This document shows, piece by piece, positions 1 through 7,944 of a stretch of DNA of 64,000 nucleotides. Numbering within the stretch: position 1 is the stretch's first letter; each line of letters begins with the position of its first letter. The translations under genes were made by a program, and so were the position numbers. Below the pieces are notes generated by a model. The model worked only from the letters and a program-made list of their open reading frames with translations, had not been told where the DNA came from and did no database searches. Source of the DNA: an uncultured Gammaproteobacteria bacterium (GTDB lineage Bacteria > Patescibacteriota > Microgenomatia > UBA12405); the NCBI GenBank assembly GCA_964503465.1, contig CAZCYZ010000001.1, positions 298,306 to 362,305 on the forward strand, given 5' to 3'.

Positions 1-96
1 TTGAGGAAAGAAATGCGCACCCTCGCTCTCGATCTTAATTTCGAAGAGGCCATCAAGCTCCGTGATAAGATTAAGGAATTAGAAGTTATCTCAAAA
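1..96 (+). CDS. uvrB: 3' end of excinuclease ABC subunit B (UvrB); the gene begins upstream of the window
   Basis: Frame 1 translates to LRKEMRTLALDLNFEEAIKLRDKIKELEVISK*. This matches the C-terminal UVR domain of UvrB, which interacts with UvrC. The stop codon is at 94-96. Confidence 0.5.
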
Positions 97-102
97 TAAC
101 TT

Positions 103-855
103 ATGAATATCAAAATCGCTACTTGGAATATCGCTGGAGCCAGAAAGATAAAATCACTCAACCGTTGGGATTATCAGGACGAGGAACTCGACTATTTTGT
201 TGCTCAACTTAAAACCTTATCCCCAGACATCATCTGTCTTCAAGAAAGTCATTCTAACCCTTCCAGGTCGCAGGCAGAAGAAATTACCAAAAAAATCGGG
301 TTTAGTTTTTTTGCTGACTGTCCTATGTCGGAAGCAAGAATTGACCCTCAATATCAAACCTCTATCTCCATTATCTCCAATACCCCAATATCCAATATTG
401 AAACCAAAAAACTCGATTACCCAGAATTTAAATTAGTTTTTCCTGACGGTAAAGAAGCCAGAAAATACGACAAATATTATCTTTCAACCACTATTCAAGG
501 TATCCAAGTCGTTAATATCCAAGTCCAACCACTGCACATTTGGGGGCACAATTATGAAACTAGCCCTGGAAGTGAATTAGCTCTTAAGTACCAACAATAC
601 TTTCTGGGCTTTACTGAACCACTAATCCTTTGTGGTGATTTGAACACCAATCAGCCCGATCAGGTATATTCGGAGTTCTTTGGTAAGTTTAAGCTTGCAG
701 AAGCCCTTCCAGATAAAATCACTCGTCCTGACCAGGGAAACAAATCAAGGAAATCAGACCACATATTTTATTCAAGTAGTATCAAAAAAATTAATTCCGA
801 CGTCGTTGTCACCGACACAGACCACTATCTTTGTTATTCGGAGTTTCAACTCTAA
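103..855 (+). CDS. endonuclease/exonuclease/phosphatase (EEP) family protein
   Basis: 250 aa. The N-terminus reads IKIATWNIAGAR, followed by ICLQE, and the C-terminus has SDHIFYSS followed by D..DH. This is the typical catalytic motif order of EEP-family enzymes. The gene sits between the uvrB end and uvrA. Confidence 0.6.
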   Translation: MNIKIATWNIAGARKIKSLNRWDYQDEELDYFVAQLKTLSPDIICLQESHSNPSRSQAEEITKKIGFSFFADCPMSEARIDPQYQTSISIISNTPISNIETKKLDYPEFKLVFPDGKEARKYDKYYLSTTIQGIQVVNIQVQPLHIWGHNYETSPGSELALKYQQYFLGFTEPLILCGDLNTNQPDQVYSEFFGKFKLAEALPDKITRPDQGNKSRKSDHIFYSSSIKKINSDVVVTDTDHYLCYSEFQL

Positions 856-912
856 ACTACCTCTTCTGGATTAGGAGTAGTTATTTTCGTACCCAAATAA
901 AACCCAAATCTC

Positions 913-978
913 TGCTACAATATAATTCATCATCATGATTCCCTCCATTCTTCAAGGGAGGGTGAAGGGTGGGTTTTT
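913..978 (+). promoter_or_regulatory. putative extended -10 promoter (TGcTACAAT) plus a 7-bp stem hairpin directly upstream of uvrA
   Basis: The sequence tgctacaat at 914-922 resembles an extended -10 element. A hairpin tccctcc/attcttcaa/gggaggg lies at about 940-962. A purine-rich stretch aagggtggg lies 6-14 nt upstream of the ATG at 979. Confidence 0.25.
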
Positions 979-3645
979 ATGATCGACAAAATTATTGTTA
1001 AAGGAGCTAGGGAAAATAATCTTGCCAATGTCTCCTTTGAGTTTCCCAAAAACAAGCTAGTTGTTTTCACCGGTGTTTCTGGATCCGGCAAATCTTCCAT
1101 GGCCTTCGATACTCTTTTTGCCGAAGGCCAACGTCGTTATGTCGAAAGTTTGTCAAGTTACGCCCGTCAGTTCCTTGGTAATCTTAAACGACCCCAGGTT
1201 GATCTTATCGAAGGCCTGTCGCCTAGTATTGCCATCAATCAAAAAGCTATTTCCCACAACCCCCGCTCAACCGTTGGCACCGTTACCGAGGTCTATGATT
1301 ACCTCCGCTTACTCTTTGCTCGAATTGGCCACCCTCATTGCCCAAACTGCGGTCGTGAAGTTTCCCCTCAAACCAGCAAACAAATTGTCAACCAAATTTT
1401 GGACATCGCCAAATTAAATGCTGTCGGTTTAGATCATTACCGCTTTTTAGTTTTGGCACCATTGGTCCGGAATCGTGCCGGTGACTTTCGTGGTTTGGTC
1501 GAAAATCTTCGAAAACAAGGTTACAAATGGATCCGTATCGATAATCAAGTCGTCGATCTATATTCTGATTTTGGTATTGCCAAAACCAACAAGCACAACA
1601 TCGATGCTGTTATTGATCGGATTTCAATTAATAAAGACAGTCTCAAAGAACCCAAGATAATTTCTGACCGTTTAATTGATGACGTCGAAGCCTCCATGAA
1701 GTTAAGCAATGGCTTGGTTGTTGTTGGTCATGTTACCGACAACTCACTTGAGTTTCCCGACAAACCTACCCAAGTTACTGACACTCTCTATTCCGAAAAC
1801 TACGCTTGCCCTGTCTGCAATTTATCTCTCCCGGCCCTTGAACCCAGTTTGTTTTCTTTTAATTCCCCCCAAGGTGCCTGCCCCGAATGTAAGGGTTTGG
1901 GTTTTAAATACCAAATTGATCGTAGTAAGTTTCCCGAATGGAAGGCTAGGATGCTTGAGGCTAGATTTTTTAGCAGTACTTCCGAAAATGTCCGGGACGA
2001 ACTCTCCCGTTTTATGTCCCGCAAAGATTGTCCTGTTTGTCTTGGTTCTCGACTCAATCCCGAAGCCCTGTCAGTCCATATTTTTGGTCAAAATATTTAC
2101 CAGATTTGTCAACTGCCCATTGACAAACTTTGGCAGTTTATCAGCCAGCTTCCCCATGAACTAAAAAGTAGTCAGGAGATCGAAATTCTAACTCCCATCC
2201 AAGGCGAAATTAATTCTCGTCTAGAATTCTTACTTGCCGTTGGTCTTGACTATCTTTCCCTCGATCGTGAGGCCGGTACTCTTTCTTCCGGTGAATCCCA
2301 GCGAATTCGATTGGCTTCTCAAATTGGTACCGGTCTGACTGGAGTACTTTATATTCTTGATGAACCCACTATTGGTCTTCATCCCCGCGACAATGATCGT
2401 CTTATCGCCACTCTCAAGAAACTTCGGGAGCTAGGTAACACTGTTGTTGTCGTTGAACACGATGAAGATGTCATTCGTAACGCCGATTATCTAGTTGATT
2501 TTGGTCCCTTTGCTGGCCACTTGGGTGGCAACATTATTGCCCAGGGCTCTCTTGATGACATCAAAAAATCTTCCAAGTCCCTTACCGGTCAATATCTATC
2601 AGGTAAAAAATCTATTTCTTCCAACCAACCCACAACTCGTAACTCTCAACTAATAACTATTACCAATTGTTCTCAGTTTAACCTCAAGAACATAAATGTT
2701 TCCTTTCCCGTTGGCAAGTTTATTTCTGTCACCGGTGTTTCCGGTTCCGGCAAATCAACCCTGGTTCACGATACTATTTATGCTGGTTTGAAAAAACAAA
2801 TTTATGGTGCTTATTACGACACTATTGGTGCGTTTGACCACATAACCGGTTGGGAACGTATTAAAGATGTTTTACTAGTCGATCAATCTCCCATTGGTCG
2901 CACCCCCAGAAGTAATCCCGCCACCTATACAAAACTTTTTGACGACATTCGTGTTCTTTTGGCCAAAACTACCGAAGCTCAAATTCGAGGTTTTAGTAGC
3001 GGCCGTTTTTCTTTTAATGTCAAAGGTGGTCGCTGTGAGGCCTGTGAAGGTCAAGGGCAAATCAAAATTGAAATGCAATTTTTACCCGATATCTATGTTA
3101 CTTGTGATCAATGTCACGGTACCAGGTTTAAAGACGAAACCTTGGAGGTTGAGTACAAGGGTAAAAATATTGCCGAAATTCTTGATATGTCAGTTGACGA
3201 AGCTGTTAATTTTTTTGGCAATATCCCTAGTCTCAAGCGTAAGCTAGTTACCATTGAAGAAGTTGGCTTGGGCTATCTTCGCTTGGGTCAACCTAGCAAC
3301 ACTCTCTCCGGCGGCGAGTCACAGAGGTTAAAAATAAGTCGGGAACTAGTCAAAAAGAAAAGCAATCACACCCTTTATGTTCTTGACGAACCTACCACTG
3401 GCCTCCATTTTTATGATGTTGACAAACTTATCAAGGTACTTCGTAAATTAGTCGACATGGACAACACTGTTATGGTTATCGAACACAATCTTGATGTTAT
3501 CAAAAATACCGACTGGGTTATCGATCTTGGGCCCGAAGGCGGGGACAAAGGTGGCCGTATCGTCGCCTCTGGTCCGGTTGCCGATATTATAAAATGCCAA
3601 AACAGTTACACCGGCCAGTATCTCAAAAAGCACCTCAACGCCTAA
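979..3645 (+). CDS. uvrA: excinuclease ABC subunit A (UvrA)
   Basis: 888 aa. It has two ABC ATPase modules, with Walker A motifs GVSGSGKSS and GVSGSGKST. Zinc-finger CxxC pairs are present (CPNCGRE, CPVCN, CPECKG, CEACEG, CDQCHG). The LSGGESQR signature occurs twice. Confidence 0.95.
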   Translation: MIDKIIVKGARENNLANVSFEFPKNKLVVFTGVSGSGKSSMAFDTLFAEGQRRYVESLSSYARQFLGNLKRPQVDLIEGLSPSIAINQKAISHNPRSTVGTVTEVYDYLRLLFARIGHPHCPNCGREVSPQTSKQIVNQILDIAKLNAVGLDHYRFLVLAPLVRNRAGDFRGLVENLRKQGYKWIRIDNQVVDLYSDFGIAKTNKHNIDAVIDRISINKDSLKEPKIISDRLIDDVEASMKLSNGLVVVGHVTDNSLEFPDKPTQVTDTLYSENYACPVCNLSLPALEPSLFSFNSPQGACPECKGLGFKYQIDRSKFPEWKARMLEARFFSSTSENVRDELSRFMSRKDCPVCLGSRLNPEALSVHIFGQNIYQICQLPIDKLWQFISQLPHELKSSQEIEILTPIQGEINSRLEFLLAVGLDYLSLDREAGTLSSGESQRIRLASQIGTGLTGVLYILDEPTIGLHPRDNDRLIATLKKLRELGNTVVVVEHDEDVIRNADYLVDFGPFAGHLGGNIIAQGSLDDIKKSSKSLTGQYLSGKKSISSNQPTTRNSQLITITNCSQFNLKNINVSFPVGKFISVTGVSGSGKSTLVHDTIYAGLKKQIYGAYYDTIGAFDHITGWERIKDVLLVDQSPIGRTPRSNPATYTKLFDDIRVLLAKTTEAQIRGFSSGRFSFNVKGGRCEACEGQGQIKIEMQFLPDIYVTCDQCHGTRFKDETLEVEYKGKNIAEILDMSVDEAVNFFGNIPSLKRKLVTIEEVGLGYLRLGQPSNTLSGGESQRLKISRELVKKKSNHTLYVLDEPTTGLHFYDVDKLIKVLRKLVDMDNTVMVIEHNLDVIKNTDWVIDLGPEGGDKGGRIVASGPVADIIKCQNSYTGQYLKKHLNA

Positions 3646-3841
3646 TTATTGCCTCACGCCAACCCTCATTTCCAAATTCTGTAATTTCACCTGGAGTTAG
3701 CCAAGACTGTTGAATTGTGTGTCCAGTTTTTGGATCTATTCGCACCGCTCTCACAAATAACTCATTTCGACGCGCTGGATCAACATATTTTGGTGGTCTC
3801 GAGTTAATCTCTCCCAGTCGCGCCGTTCTTTCGTCCATCAA
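3635..3841 (-). CDS. hypothetical small protein (68 aa, TTG/ATG start)
   Basis: An ORF on the opposite strand in a 210-bp gap downstream of uvrA whose composition looks coding. No motif was recognised. It overlaps the uvrA stop by 11 bp. Confidence 0.2.
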   Translation of the reverse strand: MMDERTARLGEINSRPPKYVDPARRNELFVRAVRIDPKTGHTIQQSWLTPGEITEFGNEGWREAIIRR

Positions 3842-3854
3842 AAAAGATTATAAT

Positions 3855-4058
3855 ATGCTCACCATGAGTTTAAAAGCCAGCTTTCTCAAAATTTACGCCG
3901 ATATACCGCTCGGGGCTCGGGGAGAAATTATTGCTGTTATCAACGATGAGCCCATTACCTGGAACAGTGCTCGGGTTGAGATCGAGAACGATACCGCTAT
4001 CGGTAAAAAGATTCTCGACCAATTAGTTGATCTCAAAATTATCGATGCCCAAAATTAA
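3855..4058 (+). CDS. hypothetical small protein (about 67 aa)
   Basis: The start was moved to the ATG at 3855 (MLTMSLKASF...), which is preceded by TATAAT at 3849-3854. The longer 3717 start would overlap the minus-strand ORF. No recognised domain. Confidence 0.3.
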   Translation: MLTMSLKASFLKIYADIPLGARGEIIAVINDEPITWNSARVEIENDTAIGKKILDQLVDLKIIDAQN

Positions 4059-4263
4059 CCCTCTTGCCAAAAAACTCGCTCTTGCTCGCATTGCTGCTTA
4101 TTCTGAAAAAATCAAAATTCACCTTGGTGGTCAATCTACTCTTACTCGTCGGCAACTTTTGTCTCACGTCAAAAACGAAACCGCTACTGGTCAGAAGATA
4201 GTTGATATTGAAATAGAATTCTTACGTGATTTAGCCCATGGTCAAATTTATCGCGATGCCTAG
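4045..4263 (+). CDS. hypothetical small protein (72 aa)
   Basis: Starts at the ATG at 4045 (MPKINPLAKKLALARIAAY...) and overlaps the upstream small ORF by 14 bp. The two look like a co-translated pair. No recognised domain. Confidence 0.3.
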   Translation: MPKINPLAKKLALARIAAYSEKIKIHLGGQSTLTRRQLLSHVKNETATGQKIVDIEIEFLRDLAHGQIYRDA

Positions 4264-4900
4264 AAGTTTTCTTATCACCCGCCCCAATCATGATATTGCT
4301 ACCGCCTATCTTTCTGTTTATTCCCAGCTTCTGATTGATCAGGCAGTCAAAAAACAATTTACCGTCGTTGATCTTGCTGGCCAACTAGCCAATCCCAAAA
4401 ATTTTCATCAAAAAATCAAATCCCAGTTCTCTTTAATCCTTCTTAATGGTCATGGTTCATCACACATCATTAACGGTCAAGACAATCAACCCCTGATTAC
4501 TGCTCCAGTATCCGAATTTGATTTCCAATCCGCCATTATCTATGCCCGCAGTTGCCAAACCGCCACTGCTCTTGGTCCGTATCTTATTCTGCACCACGCT
4601 ACCGCCTTTATTGGTTACCAAAACGATTTTATTCTCGTCACTCTCGACGAGTCAGACCCTATTCATGACCCACTGGCCAAGTTTTTTCTCACCCCTAGTA
4701 ATGCTATTGTTAGCAGTCTTATCAACGGTAGAACTGTGGGTTATTCCAATCGACGTTCCAGAAAAATGACGCTTAAAAATCTCCAATCGGTTCTCAAGAG
4801 TCGTGTCAAAACTCGTCGCGAAATTGCTGCTTATCTTTGGCACAATATTAAATATCAACTAGTTTTGGGTAATGATCAATCTCGAATCTCTACCAACTAA
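4256..4900 (+). CDS. hypothetical protein with a caspase/gingipain-like (clan CD) His-Gly...Cys arrangement
   Basis: 214 aa from MPRSFLITRP. A hydrophobic strand followed by HG (FSLILLNGHG) comes about 34 residues before a second hydrophobic strand followed by Cys (SAIIYARSCQTA). This layout is the hallmark of clan CD peptidases. The ORF overlaps the uvrC start by 29 bp. Confidence 0.3.
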   Translation: MPRSFLITRPNHDIATAYLSVYSQLLIDQAVKKQFTVVDLAGQLANPKNFHQKIKSQFSLILLNGHGSSHIINGQDNQPLITAPVSEFDFQSAIIYARSCQTATALGPYLILHHATAFIGYQNDFILVTLDESDPIHDPLAKFFLTPSNAIVSSLINGRTVGYSNRRSRKMTLKNLQSVLKSRVKTRREIAAYLWHNIKYQLVLGNDQSRISTN

Positions 4901-6122
4901 ACCCGGTGTCTACATTTACCGTAACCTAGCAGGGGAAATTATTTATGTTGGCAAAGCCATCAACCTCAAAAAGCGAGTCTCCCAGTATTTTCAACGCGAT
5001 GACGCTTTGGGCCCAAAGACGGCTCGGCTCGTCTCTCAAATCAATTCCATCGAGACCAAAACTGTCGACTCCGAAATTGAGGCTCTAGTCCTCGAAGCCA
5101 GGCTTATCAAAAAACATCGTCCAAAATACAACTCACTTCTCAAAGATGACAAAAGCTATCTTTATATTACTATTTCTCACGACCACCTCCCCGTTATTTC
5201 CACTGCTCGAGTTACCAATTTACCCCCAAAATCTGACATCTATGGCCCATTTCCCAACGGTTCTGCTGTCAAATATCTTTTAAAAACCATTCGTCACGTT
5301 TTTCCTTATCTCTCCAAAAAACATTCATCATCTTCTTGTCTATATTGCCATCTTCACCTCTGTCCTGGTCCCGATCCAGACATCAAAGTTTATCGCCAAA
5401 ACATCGGTAAAATCAAAAAGATTCTTAACGGTCACTTTAAGCTTTTGCAACGCCAACTTCATCGGGAAATCAAACTTTTCACTGCCTCAGAAAACTTTGA
5501 GCTAGCTATTACTGCCCGTGATCAACTCCAGGCTCTCAACTATATTGTTTCCGGTTGGCACCACCTCAGTAATTTTTTTGGCCAGGTCAACCTCCCCGAA
5601 GACCGTGCCAATCACGCCGTTAACCAACTTTCCCTTGTCCTAAAAATTAACCCTATCCGTCGTATTGAATGTTTCGATATCTCTCAGCTTGGTAGTCACT
5701 TTTTTGTTGGCTCGATGACTGTTTGGCAAGACGGGCATCTCGATTCAGGTCAGTACCGTAAGTTTAGAATTCGTACCAAATTTACTCCCGACGACCAGTA
5801 TATGATACGCGAAGTAGTTTACCGTCGTCTCAAACACCCAGAGTGGGGGACGCCCGATTTAATTGTGGTTGATGGCGGTAAACCTCAAATCTCCGCCGTC
5901 TCCATTATCGACAATCTACCACCGACGATCAAAATTATTGGCCTAGCCAAAAAATTTGAAACCATAGTCTATAAAAAAAATACTAATTTTTTTGAAATTA
6001 ATCTTCCTGACAATTCTTCTGCCCTTAATCTTCTCAAATCCCTTCGCAACGAAGCCCATCGTTTTGCCAACAATTATCGTCGCCAACTAATTAGTCGTAA
6101 ACTGTTAGAATCAACTAAATGA
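4872..6122 (+). CDS. uvrC: excinuclease ABC subunit C (UvrC), short form lacking the C-terminal (HhH)2 domain
   Basis: A GIY-YIG motif is present (GVYIYRN...EIIYVGKAINLKKRVSQYF). A UVR-like helix follows (ITARDQLQALNYI). The RNase H-like endonuclease region has IECFDISQLGS. The C-terminus carries EAHRFANNYRRQ. At 416 aa it is much shorter than E. coli UvrC (610 aa). Confidence 0.85.
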   Translation: MINLESLPTKPGVYIYRNLAGEIIYVGKAINLKKRVSQYFQRDDALGPKTARLVSQINSIETKTVDSEIEALVLEARLIKKHRPKYNSLLKDDKSYLYITISHDHLPVISTARVTNLPPKSDIYGPFPNGSAVKYLLKTIRHVFPYLSKKHSSSSCLYCHLHLCPGPDPDIKVYRQNIGKIKKILNGHFKLLQRQLHREIKLFTASENFELAITARDQLQALNYIVSGWHHLSNFFGQVNLPEDRANHAVNQLSLVLKINPIRRIECFDISQLGSHFFVGSMTVWQDGHLDSGQYRKFRIRTKFTPDDQYMIREVVYRRLKHPEWGTPDLIVVDGGKPQISAVSIIDNLPPTIKIIGLAKKFETIVYKKNTNFFEINLPDNSSALNLLKSLRNEAHRFANNYRRQLISRKLLESTK

Positions 6123-6844
6123 AACCTCTGATCTCCGTTGTTGTTCCCGCCTATAACGAAGAAAAGCTTCTTCCGGGTTGTCTTACTAGTCTTCAAAAAC
6201 AATCCTTCACTAAACCCTTCGAAATTGTTGTGGTTGACAACAACTCCACCGATAGGACCCCGACAATTGCCAGGCAATTTGGTGTCAGAGTAGTTACAGA
6301 AAGGAACAAGGGAGTTATTTTTGCCAAGCAACAAGGTTACCTTTCTTCTCGTGGTAATTTTGTTGTCTTTGTTGACGCCGACTGTATTGTTCCGCCTACG
6401 TGGTTACAAAACATAATTTCCCCCTTCCACGATCCTACTGTTGTCGCCGTTACTGGGCCCTATACCATTATCGATGGCCCAAAGTTCCATCAATATTATG
6501 CTCGATTTGCCCAATTTATCACTTGGATTTGTTATCGATATTGGGGAAAAAATTTATATTTATCCGGAGGTAATTGCGCTTATCGGAAAACAGTTCTTGA
6601 CAAGTTTCACTGCTTTGATGTTACTAAAGGTGTGGGGGAGGACGAATATGGCATTCTTTCCAAGGTCTTAAAATATGGACGGGTGATCTATTGCCCAAAA
6701 ACTCGCATTTTAACATCTGGCCGACGAGCCAGTAGAGGATTTTTTGATTTTCTTTCCCAAATGTTGGTTCGTTACAGTCTCAACTTTATTAGTCTTCGCA
6801 CCTTTGGCAAAGCAATTTTTCCACCCTACAGTGATTTTCGTTAA
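6119..6844 (+). CDS. family 2 glycosyltransferase (GT-A)
   Basis: ISVVVPAYNEEKLLPGCLTSLQKQ...VVDNNSTD, then a DxD-type VFVDADC. The start overlaps the uvrC stop (ATGA). Confidence 0.7.
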   Translation: MKPLISVVVPAYNEEKLLPGCLTSLQKQSFTKPFEIVVVDNNSTDRTPTIARQFGVRVVTERNKGVIFAKQQGYLSSRGNFVVFVDADCIVPPTWLQNIISPFHDPTVVAVTGPYTIIDGPKFHQYYARFAQFITWICYRYWGKNLYLSGGNCAYRKTVLDKFHCFDVTKGVGEDEYGILSKVLKYGRVIYCPKTRILTSGRRASRGFFDFLSQMLVRYSLNFISLRTFGKAIFPPYSDFR

Positions 6845-7944
6845 CTAGCCAACAAACTCTTCATCTTCTTCAGGGCTTCTTGATTTGCACCAACCTCAAA
6901 ATGTTTTCTGGCTGGTTCTAATTTAATCACCAACCACTCGATCAAGGCATTTTTTAAATCAAGTGGAAAAAGTTTTTCCTCAGCATAATCCTTCTCCACT
7001 TCGTCGTAAGTAAGGTACTTCTTATTCCCACCAAACCTCCCCTCCCGTTTTATCTCAAATTCTCCTTTGTTTTCCCCCCAGAATACCAATGTTTTTACCC
7101 AATTTAACAGGGGATTATGCTCCACCATTTTTGGTGGCCCATATGCCTTCATAATCTTAACCCTAATTTCTTCGGGGTCATCGTGGACAAATATCGCTGA
7201 TCCCGGTTTTGACTTACTCATTTTGAGTGATTCGTCGTTGTTTATTCCAGTCTCCGGTGCTGTTAAGCCGGCAATCAAGTTTTGATGTATTGCAATTGGT
7301 GCCCAGCCACCAGGAAGTTTAGGTAAAGCCTCCCGCGCAATCACATGGGCCTTTCTTTGATCCATTCCAGCGTGGGCTAAAGTTATCCCCATCGTAACGA
7401 TATCAGCCACTTGTAATGGTGGATAGAATAGTGTCGCCATATCTACCTCCTGGCCTTGTTTTTTCCCCATAATCGAAATCGATCGTAAATTTCTCGACAA
7501 AGTTATTTGTTTTCCAACTCGCATAAAAGTCTCCCAATGTTGTGGGTTATTTTCATATAGTTCTTTGCCACTAACAAATTCAACTTCGTTTTCTCCCACC
7601 CCAAAGCATTTCAGCGAGGCAATCAACGCTTGCTTAAAGTAATTCTCTGCCGCCCAGCGAATATTCTCCCAGTTACCGCCTAACTTGTTGTTCAGGTAAG
7701 TGTGAAAGTCAGCCAAGAATATTCGACACCTCACTCCAGCTTTTAGGAAATCAGCAATTTTTCCCATTGACATCAATCCCGTCCCAAGGTGTACCAATCC
7801 CGATATCTCAAAACCAATATAGTGGTTGATTACTTTATTGGACTCGACTAATGCCCTCAGATCTCCCTCCGTCAGTACTTCCTGACAATTTCTGGTTATT
7901 AATTGAAATTTCTCATCATTCGTCATTAGGCTAGTATAACTCAA
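6841..7944 (-). CDS. tyrS: tyrosine--tRNA ligase, archaeal/eukaryotic type (class I, no S4 domain); tryptophanyl-tRNA ligase not fully excluded
   Basis: The HIGH-region analogue is HYIGFEISGLVHLGTG. It also has LADFHTYLNNK and a KMSKS motif (KMSKSKPGSAIF). At 367 aa it has no C-terminal S4 domain. Confidence 0.6.
   Translation of the reverse strand: MSYTSLMTNDEKFQLITRNCQEVLTEGDLRALVESNKVINHYIGFEISGLVHLGTGLMSMGKIADFLKAGVRCRIFLADFHTYLNNKLGGNWENIRWAAENYFKQALIASLKCFGVGENEVEFVSGKELYENNPQHWETFMRVGKQITLSRNLRSISIMGKKQGQEVDMATLFYPPLQVADIVTMGITLAHAGMDQRKAHVIAREALPKLPGGWAPIAIHQNLIAGLTAPETGINNDESLKMSKSKPGSAIFVHDDPEEIRVKIMKAYGPPKMVEHNPLLNWVKTLVFWGENKGEFEIKREGRFGGNKKYLTYDEVEKDYAEEKLFPLDLKNALIEWLVIKLEPARKHFEVGANQEALKKMKSLLAS

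Noticed and set aside
1061-3247. Multiple 60-150 aa ORFs in alternative frames inside uvrA (1061-1417, 1475-1660, 1709-2164, 1800-2057 minus, 2894-3247 and others)
   Set aside because: They are entirely nested within a strongly supported uvrA reading frame. Their low-complexity, Leu/Pro/Ser-rich translations are typical of off-frame artefacts. The same reasoning applies to similar nested ORFs inside secA, lysS, serS, typA and the GT-C genes.
3717-3854. Longer 113-aa version of the first small ORF starting at 3717
   Set aside because: It would overlap the candidate minus-strand ORF. The internal ATG at 3855 is preceded by a TATAAT element. Neither version has supporting homology, so the shorter, better-punctuated start was preferred at low confidence.
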